DNA of 64,000 bases, from NCBI GenBank assembly GCA_041737745.1, contig JBGSRC010000007.1, positions 8,040 through 72,039 of the forward strand. The letters run 5' to 3'. Both the position numbers and the translations under genes were made by a program. The notes below the pieces were generated by a model that was not told the origin of the DNA, made no database searches, and saw only the letters and a list, made by a program, of their open reading frames with translations. Positions 28,934 to 38,768 of the stretch are shown here, piece by piece. The stretch comes from Candidatus Caenarcanales bacterium (lineage in GTDB: Bacteria > Cyanobacteriota > Vampirovibrionia > Caenarcaniphilales > Caenarcanaceae). The number at the start of each line of letters is the position of its first letter. Position 1 is the stretch's first letter.

Positions 28934-29939
28934 AAACCCAAAAATGAAAGTAGCAATCGTCGGAGCGAGCGGCTACAGCGGCGTCTGCTTGCTCGGGCTT
29001 CTACTCGCTCATCCAGAAGTGGAAATACTCGCACTCTGTGGTTCCTCGCAGGTGGGCGAGAGCATTGAGAGTATTTATCCGCGCCTGAGGGGTTTGGGCT
29101 TGCCCCAGATCACTGCCTTTTCAGAGCTAGATTTGACGAAGATTGATATTCTTTTTACCGCTACACCAAATGGTTTTGTGCGAGAGCATTTCTCCTCTAT
29201 CCTTACTTCGGGGGTTAGATTGATTGACTTGAGCGCTGATTTGCGTTTTGACAGTGGGTCTGAGGTCGCTTATGGTTTGAGCGAATGGAACCGCGTCGGT
29301 ATAGAGTCCGCTCCAGCCATCGCCAATCCCGGTTGTTATCCGACAGCCAGTTTGCTCGCTTTGTTGCCGCTCTTGGAGGCTGGCTTGGTCGATCTGAGCC
29401 GGACAATTATCATTGACGCCAAGTCTGGTGTGACTGGGGCTGGTCGGCAGGCAGAAAAGAGTCTATTATTTGGCGATTTGGCAGAAGATTTTTATGCGTA
29501 TAAGCCGCTCAGTCACCGCCATACGCCAGAGATTGAGCTTTATCTTTCACGTTTTGGCGGAGCTCCAGAGGATTTTGCTTTGCGTTTCACGCCTCATCTT
29601 TTGCCGGTGAAGAGGGGGATTTTGGCCAGTATTCATTTTCGGCCTAGCACTTCTGATCTTGGGGTTCTTCAGGGTTGCTTGCTGGCCAAATATTCCGCTG
29701 AGCAATTTGTCGATGTTTTAGTCGGAGAGGCTTTGCCTAGGCTCAGTAATGTTCGGCACACAAATTTTGCTCAGATCTGGGTCGGTTACGATCCGCGCAC
29801 TGGTGAGGCTTTGCTGCTCTCAGCGATCGACAACTTGATGAAAGGCGCTGCTGGACAGGCGGTGCAGAATTTTAATATAATGTTTGGTTTTCCGGAGGCG
29901 CTTGGCTTGGCGGGTCACTCTGTGCTTGCCTTAGGGTGA
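28926..29939 (+). CDS. argC: N-acetyl-gamma-glutamyl-phosphate reductase
   Basis: GASGYSG, ANPGCYPT, DNLMKGAAGQAVQN. Confidence 0.95.
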   Translation: MSENPKMKVAIVGASGYSGVCLLGLLLAHPEVEILALCGSSQVGESIESIYPRLRGLGLPQITAFSELDLTKIDILFTATPNGFVREHFSSILTSGVRLIDLSADLRFDSGSEVAYGLSEWNRVGIESAPAIANPGCYPTASLLALLPLLEAGLVDLSRTIIIDAKSGVTGAGRQAEKSLLFGDLAEDFYAYKPLSHRHTPEIELYLSRFGGAPEDFALRFTPHLLPVKRGILASIHFRPSTSDLGVLQGCLLAKYSAEQFVDVLVGEALPRLSNVRHTNFAQIWVGYDPRTGEALLLSAIDNLMKGAAGQAVQNFNIMFGFPEALGLAGHSVLALG

Positions 29940-29942
29940 CGT

Positions 29943-31055
29943 CTAAAGCTTGTTCAGCCTAACTCGCTCTTTCCGCTCCACAATACCGCCACTAGCAACA
30001 TCAATCAGCACAAAACCCAACTCAATCTCCGATCCAAGCGCTTTCTGGGCAACAAGCTTGAATAAATCCTCAGCCGTGTGTATAGGCGTGCCGTCTAGAG
30101 CGAGAATCAAACTACCCCGCCCAAGCCCCAACTCACTAGCAGCCGTATTGGGTTTCACTTCGATCACAAGAGCGCCTTCCGTAAAGCCTTTGCTGGCAAA
30201 AAAAGAGGCGAGCTTTGATTGAGATTGTTTTAGCGAAATAGCCGACACCCCAAGAGAAGCTCTACTGATGCGCCCTGATTTCTGAAGTTCAGTGACGATC
30301 CTAGAAGCCAAGCCAGAGGGAATAGCAAAGCCAATGCCCTGATAGCCCCCAGATTCTGAAAAAATAGCCGTGTTGATGCCCACTAGCTGGCCTGTACTGT
30401 CGATCAAGGCTCCTCCGGAATTTCCGGGATTGATCGCCGCGTCAGTCTGGATGAACTCTTCGTAGTCTGAGATCCCCAAATTCTCGCGATTCTTTGCGCT
30501 CACAATGCCCATAGTCACAGTCTGGCCGATGCCATAGGGATTGCCGATCGCAAACACTAAATCGCCAATGCTCAGATCTTCGTCAACGCAAAAAGGCAAG
30601 AAGGGGAAAACTTCAGGGATCAGAGCTTCAGACTTAATCTTCAGCAAAGCCAAATCTGTAGCCTCGTCAGCGCCAAGTAAAGCAGCCTCCCGCTCTCTGC
30701 CGTCAGCAAGCACTAGGCGGATTTTTTGGGCTTCACCGATCACATGATAATTTGTGACTACTAGGCCTTCTGCTGCGATGATCACCCCCGAACCTAGTGA
30801 AAGAGCTTTTGTTGCTGCCGGAAATAGACTTTGAGGTTCTTTGTCTACCAGCACATTGACGACAGCCTTGCTCGGCGCCGCTACGGCTTCTCTGTATGAG
30901 AGTGGTGAAGGAGAGTTGTTTGCTAGCGTTTTTACTTCGGGAACCTTTGAGCCAAGATCTTTTCTAGGAGCTAAGGGACTGAGCAAGCTGGCCACGCCAT
31001 AGCCAAGTCCTAAACCAGAACAGCCAACGAAAATCAGTAAAAGTGGGAAACGCAT
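29943..31055 (-). CDS. HtrA/DegP-family serine protease with PDZ domain
   Basis: TNYHV, DLAL, QTDAAINPGNSGG. Confidence 0.93.
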   Translation of the reverse strand: MRFPLLLIFVGCSGLGLGYGVASLLSPLAPRKDLGSKVPEVKTLANNSPSPLSYREAVAAPSKAVVNVLVDKEPQSLFPAATKALSLGSGVIIAAEGLVVTNYHVIGEAQKIRLVLADGREREAALLGADEATDLALLKIKSEALIPEVFPFLPFCVDEDLSIGDLVFAIGNPYGIGQTVTMGIVSAKNRENLGISDYEEFIQTDAAINPGNSGGALIDSTGQLVGINTAIFSESGGYQGIGFAIPSGLASRIVTELQKSGRISRASLGVSAISLKQSQSKLASFFASKGFTEGALVIEVKPNTAASELGLGRGSLILALDGTPIHTAEDLFKLVAQKALGSEIELGFVLIDVASGGIVERKERVRLNKL

Positions 31056-31186
31056 TATTCTGTCAATATTCTAACTTCTACGCTCAAAGCAGTAGACTTG
31101 GGTCTATTGGCCGGTTCTGCATATGTCTTGCGGCGCTGGTCTGGGAATGATTTAAGTTCAAACCAGTTATCCTAAAAACCTGAAAA

Positions 31187-32890
31187 ATGACAACCCAAGA
31201 GCAGACTCAAAACGCCCATTCGATCAACGCAACGCAACAGAGCCAAACTATCTTTAAGCCATCAGTGGCTTATTTTTGTATGGAATATGGTGTAGACCAA
31301 TCCATGCGCCTGTATGCTGGTGGACTGGGAATGCTAGCCGGAGACTATGTCAAAGCGGCTGGCCAACTGAAGCTGCCGATGGTCGCAATTGGTCTGCTCT
31401 ACAAATACGGTTATTACGATCAGGTGATCGGTGCCAATGGCCGCTTAGCCGTTCAGTTCACCCAACGTGATTATAATTTTCTCAAAGACACTGGCGTCAG
31501 AGTGAAAGTGACTGTCCATGGCCACGATGTGAGCGTCGCTGCCTATGAGCTCACTTCCGATATTTTCGGTACTTGCCCGCTCTATTTGCTTTCGACTTCT
31601 ATTCCCGAAAACGATCATCTCTCTCAGTGCATCACACACAGTCTATATGAGGGCAATCAAGCCACCAGACTAGCTCAAGAAATAGTGCTGGGTGTCGGCG
31701 GAGTGCGCTTTTTGCGCGCTATGGGCATGAATCCGGATATTTATCACTTCAATGAAGGTCACTGTGTCTTTGCTGGTCTAGAGATGATCAGTGAAAAAAT
31801 GCATACAGGTCTCAACTTTGAAGAAGCGCACCAAGAAGTGCGCAAAAAAATCGTCTTCACCACGCATACTCCCGTCAAAGCTGGCAATGAAGAACATCAG
31901 ATTTCTCTAATGAATGAGATGAGTTGTTTTCAAGGCGGAATCACCACTGAGCAAGGCATAGCGATCGGTGGCAATCCTTTCAACATGACAGTAGCTGGTT
32001 TGCGTTTGTCGCGTCTCACCAATGGTGTCTCTCAGCTGCACGGTGACACGGCCGCCAAGATGTGGAGTTGGGTGGAGGGAGCTAGCCCGATCATCGCCAT
32101 CACCAATGCTGTCTTTCCTAAGACTTGGCAGGACACTGACTTTGCGGCTGTCTCCACAGAAGAAGAAGCGCTGCAGCGCAAAGCGGAGATGCGGGGTGAG
32201 TTAGTCGAATACATCAGAGAGCAGATGGGTGTTTTGCTCGATAAAGACGTTTTGACTATCACTTGGGCACGTCGCTTTGCTGACTACAAGCGTCCTTGGC
32301 TGATTTTGCATGACAAACCGAGAATTAAGAAGCTATTGGCGGAAAAGAAACTTCAGCTGATTTTCGCCGGTAAGCCTCACCCAGATGCTCGCGACGCTCA
32401 TGAGCTTTTCAATAGACTGCTGGATGAGAGCAAGCAGTTGCCTGGCTTGGTGATTTTACCTGGCTATGAAATAGCGCTTTCGCGCAAGCTGAAGCAGGGT
32501 TCAGACATCTGGCTAAACTGTCCTCGTAGACCGCTGGAAGCTTCCGGTACTTCCGGCATGTCGGCGGCGCTGAATGGCACTTTGCATTTCAGTACTTTTG
32601 ATGGATGGTGGGTTGAGGGATATATCCCCAATCAAAACGGCTGGGTGATCGGTACTGATCAAAACTACAGCGTTGTTGCTGAGCAGGATGAGGCTGACTT
32701 TGAGTCTATGATGAAGACTTTAGAAGAGGAGATTATCCCGCTCTTTTACGATTCGCCGCATGAGTGGGGACGTCGGATGATCATGGCTCGGACTGTTGCT
32801 GAGACTCATTTCACCAGCAACAGAATGATTCTGGATTATTATGGTCGGCTTTATGCTGATTACAGTAACAATCACCCGACTAATATTTAA
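31187..32890 (+). CDS. glgP: Alpha-glucan (glycogen) phosphorylase
   Basis: YFCMEYG, GGLGMLAGD, NEGH, ARRFADYKR, EASGTSGM. Confidence 0.93.
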   Translation: MTTQEQTQNAHSINATQQSQTIFKPSVAYFCMEYGVDQSMRLYAGGLGMLAGDYVKAAGQLKLPMVAIGLLYKYGYYDQVIGANGRLAVQFTQRDYNFLKDTGVRVKVTVHGHDVSVAAYELTSDIFGTCPLYLLSTSIPENDHLSQCITHSLYEGNQATRLAQEIVLGVGGVRFLRAMGMNPDIYHFNEGHCVFAGLEMISEKMHTGLNFEEAHQEVRKKIVFTTHTPVKAGNEEHQISLMNEMSCFQGGITTEQGIAIGGNPFNMTVAGLRLSRLTNGVSQLHGDTAAKMWSWVEGASPIIAITNAVFPKTWQDTDFAAVSTEEEALQRKAEMRGELVEYIREQMGVLLDKDVLTITWARRFADYKRPWLILHDKPRIKKLLAEKKLQLIFAGKPHPDARDAHELFNRLLDESKQLPGLVILPGYEIALSRKLKQGSDIWLNCPRRPLEASGTSGMSAALNGTLHFSTFDGWWVEGYIPNQNGWVIGTDQNYSVVAEQDEADFESMMKTLEEEIIPLFYDSPHEWGRRMIMARTVAETHFTSNRMILDYYGRLYADYSNNHPTNI

Positions 32891-32948
32891 CTAAGTAAGC
32901 AAGGCGGCCTTGGCCGGTTTGGAGTGAAATATTGCTCTTTTTTCCTCT

Positions 32949-33168
32949 AGGGGGAGTCTGAGGGGGTCGAAGCTGAGGAAGGGGGTTTGGGGGCGAAGCC
33001 CCCGGTAAAAATATTCTCCCCTCCACCGGAGGGGCAGGGGTGGGCAACAAATTTAATGACGCCTGTTAAACTTCAGGCTCACTTGTCCTTCAGAGACAGA
33101 TTTTTTATTCTGGGGCGCTCCGCCCCCTGACCGCCCTTTTAGGGGAAGGGAAAGCTAAAGATCGCCCC
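32949..33168. repeat. Cluster of GC-rich REP-like palindromes between convergent genes
   Basis: GGGGAGTCTGAGGGGG; GGGGGTTTGGGGGCGAAGCCCCC; CCCCTCCACCGGAGGGGCAGGGGTGGG; TGGGGCGCTCCGCCCC..AAGGGAAAGC. Confidence 0.7.
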
Positions 33169-33225
33169 TAGTACCAAAGCAAAGTTTCGTCTCGATTGGG
33201 TGAAGCTTTAAGCTTCTCAGCCTTG

Positions 33226-33846
33226 TTAGGCTTGGAGCCAACGCTTAAAAAGCTGATGCTCAATATGCAAAGCATCAAAAGCCTTCCCAACCACAAAATC
33301 CACCAAATCCTGAAGTGTCTCAGGCCTCTGGTAAAAAGCAGGCATGGCCGGCAAGATAATTGCCCCAGCCTCGCTCACAGTGAGCATGTTGCGAAGATGA
33401 ATGTTGCTGAGTGGAGTCTCCCGAACAGCCACAACTAAAGGAAAGCGCTCCTTCAGACAGACATCAGCCGTTCGCTCTACCAAGCCGCTAGAGACACCAG
33501 AGGCGATTCGCCCCACCACTCCGACACTAGCTGGCAAAATGAGCATGCCGGCCATCCGATTCGAGCCACTAGCCACTCGAGCCGCCAGATTGTCGTTTGA
33601 CCAAAGTGTCAGTTTGTGCCCTTCGCTTTCTAAGCCCAGATGAGCCAAAAGTACTCTCTTGTTTTGGATCGGATCGTTCTCTTCAAGAGCAATTCCGCTT
33701 TCCAGTTTGGCGACTAGGCAAGCCGTCTCCGACAAGATCAAATTGATGTTGGCTGCTTGCCTCAAGAGGCACTCGAGCGCCCGAAGTCCGTAAATGAAGC
33801 CGCTTGCCCCAGTAATGGCTAAAGTGTAAGAATTATGAGCTGACAA
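33226..33846 (-). CDS. ubiX: Flavin prenyltransferase
   Basis: ITGASG, ASGS, RTADVCLKE, RETPL, PAMPAFY. Confidence 0.94.
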   Translation of the reverse strand: MSAHNSYTLAITGASGFIYGLRALECLLRQAANINLILSETACLVAKLESGIALEENDPIQNKRVLLAHLGLESEGHKLTLWSNDNLAARVASGSNRMAGMLILPASVGVVGRIASGVSSGLVERTADVCLKERFPLVVAVRETPLSNIHLRNMLTVSEAGAIILPAMPAFYQRPETLQDLVDFVVGKAFDALHIEHQLFKRWLQA

Positions 33847-33861
33847 TGATTATTGATACGT

Positions 33862-35163
33862 ATGAAGTCTTACCCCAAGTCTAAAGCACTCTTTGCCCAA
33901 GCGAAAAAGATGTTTCCCGGAGGCGTCAACTCACCGGTGCGCGCCTTCAAAACTGTCGGCGGCGAGCCGCTTTTTCTGGAGAGCGCCAAGGGCGCTTATC
34001 TCTATGACGTGGACGGAAATTGTCTACTCGATTATTTCAACTCATGGGGGCCGATGATCGCCGGTCACGCTCACCCAGCAGTGCTTGCTGCTGTCTGCGA
34101 AGTGGCCCAAAGAGGTTTGAGCTTTGGCGCTTGTCACGAGCTGGAGCTGACCTTGGCCGAGCAGGTGCTGAAGCTGATGCCGAGCTTAGAGCGCTTGCGC
34201 TTTGTCAGTTCAGGAACTGAAGCTTGTTTGTCGGTGATTCGTTTGGCGAGAGCCTATACAGGCCGCGAAAAGATTTTGAAATTCAATGGGAATTATCACG
34301 GTCACGGTGACGGCTTTCTGGTGGCGGCCGGTTCTGGAGTGGCGACCTTTGGGCTGCCTGATAGCCCCGGTGTGCCCAGCGCTCTAGCTGCTCTGACTCT
34401 TTCAGTTCCATACAATGATCTTGAAGCAGTTGAGGCTGTCTTTGCTACTCAGGGAGAGAAGATAGCGGCCATTATTTTGGAGCCAGTGGTCGGCAATGCC
34501 GGTTGCCTGTTGCCTGAGCTTGGTTTTCTTGAGGGATTGCGGGCTATTTGTGATCGGTGGGGAGCATTGCTTGTCTTTGATGAGGTGATGACTGGTTTTC
34601 GAGTGGCTCTAGGTGGGGCACAGGAACGCTTTGGAGTAAAGCCCGATCTCACTACGCTAGGCAAAATCATCGGTGGTGGTTTGCCTGTTGGCGCTTATGG
34701 TGGGCGTAGTGAGATCATGGCGCGGATCGCTCCTGAGGGAGACGTTTATCAGGCTGGGACGCTTTCTGGAAATCCTCTGGGGATGGCGGCTGGGCTTGCT
34801 ACTTTGCAGCTTCTGCAGGTACCGGGTTTTTATGAGGGATTGGGGGTTTATAGTGATGAACTCACGAAACGTCTCTTGGCTGTTGCGGGGTCCTCTGGTG
34901 AGCGAATAGTGATAAATGCTTGTGGGGCAATGTTTACAATTTTCTTTGAGCCTGTTAGTGAGCGAATTATTGATTTTGAGGGGGCAAAGGCTTGCAACTC
35001 AGAGCGCTTTGCGCGGTTTTTCAAGTTTATGTTGGATCGAGGGTTTTATTTTCCGCCTAGTCAGTTTGAGGCGATTTTCTTTGGTTCTGCTCATGGAAGG
35101 GTTGAGTTGGAAAATACTGTGAGTGCTTTTGAGGAGTTTTGCATGGCTGGCCGTGTAGCGTGA
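33862..35163 (+). CDS. hemL: Glutamate-1-semialdehyde 2,1-aminomutase
   Basis: PGGVNSPVRAF, SSGTEA, FDEVMTGFR, LGKIIGGG, YQAGTLSGNP. Confidence 0.96.
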   Translation: MKSYPKSKALFAQAKKMFPGGVNSPVRAFKTVGGEPLFLESAKGAYLYDVDGNCLLDYFNSWGPMIAGHAHPAVLAAVCEVAQRGLSFGACHELELTLAEQVLKLMPSLERLRFVSSGTEACLSVIRLARAYTGREKILKFNGNYHGHGDGFLVAAGSGVATFGLPDSPGVPSALAALTLSVPYNDLEAVEAVFATQGEKIAAIILEPVVGNAGCLLPELGFLEGLRAICDRWGALLVFDEVMTGFRVALGGAQERFGVKPDLTTLGKIIGGGLPVGAYGGRSEIMARIAPEGDVYQAGTLSGNPLGMAAGLATLQLLQVPGFYEGLGVYSDELTKRLLAVAGSSGERIVINACGAMFTIFFEPVSERIIDFEGAKACNSERFARFFKFMLDRGFYFPPSQFEAIFFGSAHGRVELENTVSAFEEFCMAGRVA

Positions 35164-35220
35164 GTGGGCGATTAGCCCCATCGAAAAACTCTTTGTATCC
35201 CCCCTCAAAGCCCCCCCAGA

Positions 35221-35949
35221 CTACCGAGAAGGCATCGTGATCGTGTAGCGAGCAGTCCCAGAAGGCCCAGATAAAACCCCCACAGGATATCGATAACGTT
35301 CATCAGCTTCACCGAGCGCTTCTTCTAAACCGGACTGGTCGATCCGAGCCGTCGGATAAAGGCTGAGTATTTCTTCCTCTAGAGCAGCGAACGTGAGCTT
35401 TTTCAGCTGATACGGATCCGGAAAAATCTCCAAATAGATTTCGCCATTTTCACTGCTCAAACGAGTGCGATCGTAAGTGACAACTACCGGAGTGCCTTGT
35501 CTTACTAGCTCGAAAAGCTGCTCGACATCTTCATTGTGCATGCGTACACAACCATGCGAGACGAATTTGCCAATCGAACTAGGCGAATTTGTGCCATGCA
35601 TGCCATAACTGCCGCCACCGTCATCGTGAAAGCCGATCCAGCGAGTGCCCAGTGGGTTGTTTTTACCATTGGCTATGCGGCTGGCACCGGGCGCTTTGTA
35701 GGGGTGCTCCCAAATGGGATCTAAGACCATTTCGCTTACGCGATATCGGCCGGTAGGGGTCATCAGCTTGGCGTTTGTGCCTACACCTACGGGATATTCG
35801 TGTAGGAGATAGTTTCCGTTTAGCACTTGCAGGGTGCGGCTGGGGACGTCGATTTTCACCACAACTTGTAGTTGCGAGGCAAAGGGGCTAGCTGCTTCGC
35901 TGGCGAGACCGAAGAGCAGCAAGACCAAGAGTGTAATAAAATGAGGCAC
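35221..35949 (-). CDS. L,D-transpeptidase
   Basis: YGMHGT..SIG..SHGCVRM (HxxxC catalytic motif); start uncertain. Confidence 0.9.
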   Translation of the reverse strand: MPHFITLLVLLLFGLASEAASPFASQLQVVVKIDVPSRTLQVLNGNYLLHEYPVGVGTNAKLMTPTGRYRVSEMVLDPIWEHPYKAPGASRIANGKNNPLGTRWIGFHDDGGGSYGMHGTNSPSSIGKFVSHGCVRMHNEDVEQLFELVRQGTPVVVTYDRTRLSSENGEIYLEIFPDPYQLKKLTFAALEEEILSLYPTARIDQSGLEEALGEADERYRYPVGVLSGPSGTARYTITMPSR

Positions 35950-35965
35950 CGATGGGAGCGCTGAT

Positions 35966-36784
35966 TTGCTGACTTTTGAAAACATCGCTGATTTGATTGC
36001 TTGGCGAGCTAGTTTAGATCTGGAGAAATCTTTAGGATATGTACCCACGATGGGGGCGCTGCACGCTGGACACGCGTCTTTGATTGAGAGTGCTGTGCGT
36101 GAGAACGATTATACGCTAGTGAGCATTTTCGTCAATCCGCTCCAGTTTACGAGTCAATCAGACCTGACGAACTATCCTAAGACGCTTCAGGCGGATTTGG
36201 CTTTGTGTGAGAGCTGTGGGATTGAGGCTGTTTGGTTACCGAGTGAGGCTTGCTTATATCCTCGGGGCTTAGGGGATTTGAGTGTGATTCAGCCTAGGCC
36301 TAGTTTGGCTGATTGTCTTTGTGGGCTGACTAGGCCCGGGCATTTTGCCGGTGTGCTCACTGTCTTGGCCAAATGTTTCAATCTAACTCGCCCTAGCCGG
36401 GCTTATTTTGGGGAGAAAGACTATCAGCAGCTGCTTTTGGTTACTCGGATGGTTGAAGATCTCTTTTTCCCGCTTCAGGTTAAGGCGGTGAGAACAGTAA
36501 GGGAAGCAGGCGGTTTAGCTTTGAGCTCGCGCAACGCTAGATTGAGCGCAGACGATCTTGAGCTTGCCAGAGAGTTGCCAAAAATTCTTCAGCAAGCCCG
36601 TTCTCGAATACTGATTGGAGAAGGGGCTAGTGGGGTCTTGGCTTTACTGGCTGGGGGATTTAATTTTGAATACTTTGAAGCGAGAAATCCAGTGAGTTTG
36701 GCTTTGGTCGAAGAAGGGGCTATGCGTCTTTTTCTGGCTGCTTGGGTGGGGGGGGTGCGCTTGATCGATAATATCTCTGTCTGA
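35966..36784 (+). CDS. panC: Pantoate--beta-alanine ligase
   Basis: VPTMGALHAGH, SIFVNPLQF, RPGHF, FGEKDYQQ, LSSRN, RLIDN. Confidence 0.95.
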   Translation: MLTFENIADLIAWRASLDLEKSLGYVPTMGALHAGHASLIESAVRENDYTLVSIFVNPLQFTSQSDLTNYPKTLQADLALCESCGIEAVWLPSEACLYPRGLGDLSVIQPRPSLADCLCGLTRPGHFAGVLTVLAKCFNLTRPSRAYFGEKDYQQLLLVTRMVEDLFFPLQVKAVRTVREAGGLALSSRNARLSADDLELARELPKILQQARSRILIGEGASGVLALLAGGFNFEYFEARNPVSLALVEEGAMRLFLAAWVGGVRLIDNISV

Positions 36785-36845
36785 GCTTTCAGCCTCACAA
36801 AATCACTTAAGAGAAGGAAAAAAGAGTTAGAAGACCGTCTAGACG

Positions 36846-36878
36846 TGGTAAAATATTCCTAAAAGCCTAACTTAGGAA
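36846..36878 (+). promoter_or_regulatory. Extended -10 promoter followed by an inverted-repeat operator
   Basis: TG-G-TAAAAT, then TTCCTAA-N9-TTAGGAA just before the ATG at 36891. Confidence 0.55.
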
Positions 36879-36890
36879 AGCACTAAAAGC

Positions 36891-37160
36891 ATGAAATCTC
36901 AAATCAAAAGAATAGGCAAAAATGGTCAAATTTCGCTAGGAAAAGAATTTTCTGGCAGAGAAGTCCTACTAGACTCACCAGAAGCTGGAGTCTGGATAAT
37001 CAAAGCAGGAAGTTTTATTCCGGATAATGAAAAATGGCTCCACGAACCAGAAAATGCAGCCAAGCTGAACAAAGCTTTGCAGTGGGCAGCGCAAAACGAA
37101 CCGAAAGAAAGTAATCTGGATGAGCTAGTAAAGAAACTACCTGAGCCCCTCCTTCCCTGA
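36891..37160 (+). CDS. Putative antitoxin (AbrB-like N-terminus)
   Basis: KRIGKNGQISLGK swapped-hairpin-like start; first gene of a small two-gene pair. Confidence 0.65.
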   Translation: MKSQIKRIGKNGQISLGKEFSGREVLLDSPEAGVWIIKAGSFIPDNEKWLHEPENAAKLNKALQWAAQNEPKESNLDELVKKLPEPLLP

Positions 37161-37175
37161 GGATGAAACCTTTGG

Positions 37176-37484
37176 TTGAAAATGAGAATACAGCTCGATC
37201 TAAACGCACCATCATTTCTTCCAGATTTTCTTTCTTTACAGAAGGAGGATTCTTGGAGTCTTGTCAAGTCGCTCCAGAAGATTTCTAAGCTCAGCTGGCA
37301 ACAATTTTATAAAGATGGATCTTTGCACTGGGAGAAGATCAGTAGTCTAAAAGGCTCTAGAGGGGAGGATCTATATAGTTTCCGTGTTAGTCAAAAATGC
37401 CGTGTTGTAGGTTTCAGGCAGGATAATTTTTTGCGATTAATGAGTATTCATCCTGACCATGATTCGGCTTATAAAGGGAAGTAG
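37176..37484 (+). CDS. Putative RelE/ParE-like toxin
   Basis: LHWEKI..LYSFRVSQKCRVV..IHPDHDSAY; ~100 aa, basic. Confidence 0.6.
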   Translation: MKMRIQLDLNAPSFLPDFLSLQKEDSWSLVKSLQKISKLSWQQFYKDGSLHWEKISSLKGSRGEDLYSFRVSQKCRVVGFRQDNFLRLMSIHPDHDSAYKGK

Positions 37485-37490
37485 TTTAGA

Positions 37491-37540
37491 TGGGGCGCCC
37501 CGCCCCAAACCCCTTTGTGAGAGCAAAGGGAAAGCGAAAA
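37491..37540 (+). repeat. 50-bp REP-like element, same register as 33111-33160
   Basis: TGGGGCGCYCCGCCCC...AAGGGAAAGCKAAA is shared by both copies. Confidence 0.65.
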
Positions 37541-37598
37541 TTAAAAAAAAGAAATAAAAGTAAATTAGCTTCTAGCTGGGTGAAGGCTCAGCCTTGCG

Positions 37599-38549
37599 CT
37601 AAACAGTCGCGATCTTCAGCAAAGCCAACTGGTAGCCCATAAGTGGATCCAGAAAAAAGCCAGACTTCAGCTTGCTTTCAGTAGCGAGCATCACCTGCAA
37701 TTTACCGGCCACAGCTAGCACAGAGACATTTCGTAAGCGCCCAAGGTCTTTTTCGATCACATAAGGGCTGCGAGCAGTGATCTGAGCTATTTTGTCAGCG
37801 CGCAATCCTTCTTCACGAAGTAAAGTTACCTCCAGATCCCGCCTCAGCTGACCGGTCAGAGAAGCCGCCAACATAAAAGGATCACCGGAATAGCGCAATG
37901 TCCCCAAAAGCTTCTTGCAGACGGTGACGGTTTCACTTGCGATCTTCTCGAAAGAATTGATTGTCAGTTCTTCGTATTGTTGGAGCTGAGAGACGGCCTC
38001 GAGCTTGATCGTTGTCAGGCCAGAATAGACCCAGAGTTTTTCTAGCTCAGAAATTAATCGCCCACAATCAAGCCCAATCACCCCTAAGAGCTTTTTGAGA
38101 GCACTGGGCTGGACAGTGATACCGACCTCTTCGCACCAACCCAGAACCCATTGTTCGACCTTGGGGGCGTCCCACGGCTTGAAGGCGGGAAACTCCAGCA
38201 GGCGCGTGCAAAAACCGGACAAAAATTTACTCTCTTTCAACCTACTATCGAGTTTTTTGCTGCAATAGAAGAGCATTCGGTTGAGGTCAGCTCTTTCGAT
38301 CAGCTCAGCGAAATTTTTAGAGGCTTTAGGGTCATCTTCTTTTAGGCCGAGTAGATTGAGGTCGAAGACCAGAGCGCGTTGCGTGGCAAAGAGGCTACCG
38401 GAAAAGAGAAAGGTTTCTAGGTCGTCGTGGTTTGGGTTGAAGTGATCGATCAGGCAGTCTTCGGCTTTCCAGTGTGAGAGCTGTTGTCTGCGCTCAAGAG
38501 CTGAACGAAAAGAGTCTTCACCGTGGATTAGAAGTATTTCTTTTTTCAC
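37599..38549 (-). CDS. holA: DNA polymerase III delta subunit
   Basis: LLIHGEDSF, SLFATQR, KKLDSRLK, SELEKL, ESKLKSG. Confidence 0.8.
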   Translation of the reverse strand: MKKEILLIHGEDSFRSALERRQQLSHWKAEDCLIDHFNPNHDDLETFLFSGSLFATQRALVFDLNLLGLKEDDPKASKNFAELIERADLNRMLFYCSKKLDSRLKESKFLSGFCTRLLEFPAFKPWDAPKVEQWVLGWCEEVGITVQPSALKKLLGVIGLDCGRLISELEKLWVYSGLTTIKLEAVSQLQQYEELTINSFEKIASETVTVCKKLLGTLRYSGDPFMLAASLTGQLRRDLEVTLLREEGLRADKIAQITARSPYVIEKDLGRLRNVSVLAVAGKLQVMLATESKLKSGFFLDPLMGYQLALLKIATV

Positions 38550-38611
38550 TTATTTAGTTTTAGCTTGAAAACTTGGATTCTTTAGGTGTCGGGAGGGAAA
38601 AAGTTTTTAGC

Positions 38612-38685
38612 GTATTGTAGGTCGGGGAAGTTGTTTTTCCTTAGGGGGCTGGCGTTCCTTGATACCTCTCGGAAGACAGAAGGAA
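38612..38685 (+). repeat. ~75-bp intergenic repeat element, copy C
   Basis: AGGTCGGGGAAGTTGTTTTTCCTTAGGGGGCTGGCG, related to copies at 19626 and 60632. Confidence 0.5.
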
Positions 38686-38768
38686 CGATGAAGTTTTTCT
38701 TGCAGTTTTAAGAAACCCTCAAATGGGCACAAAGTACCTAAGTTCTTTCTGGAAAGCAATAAATAAGT

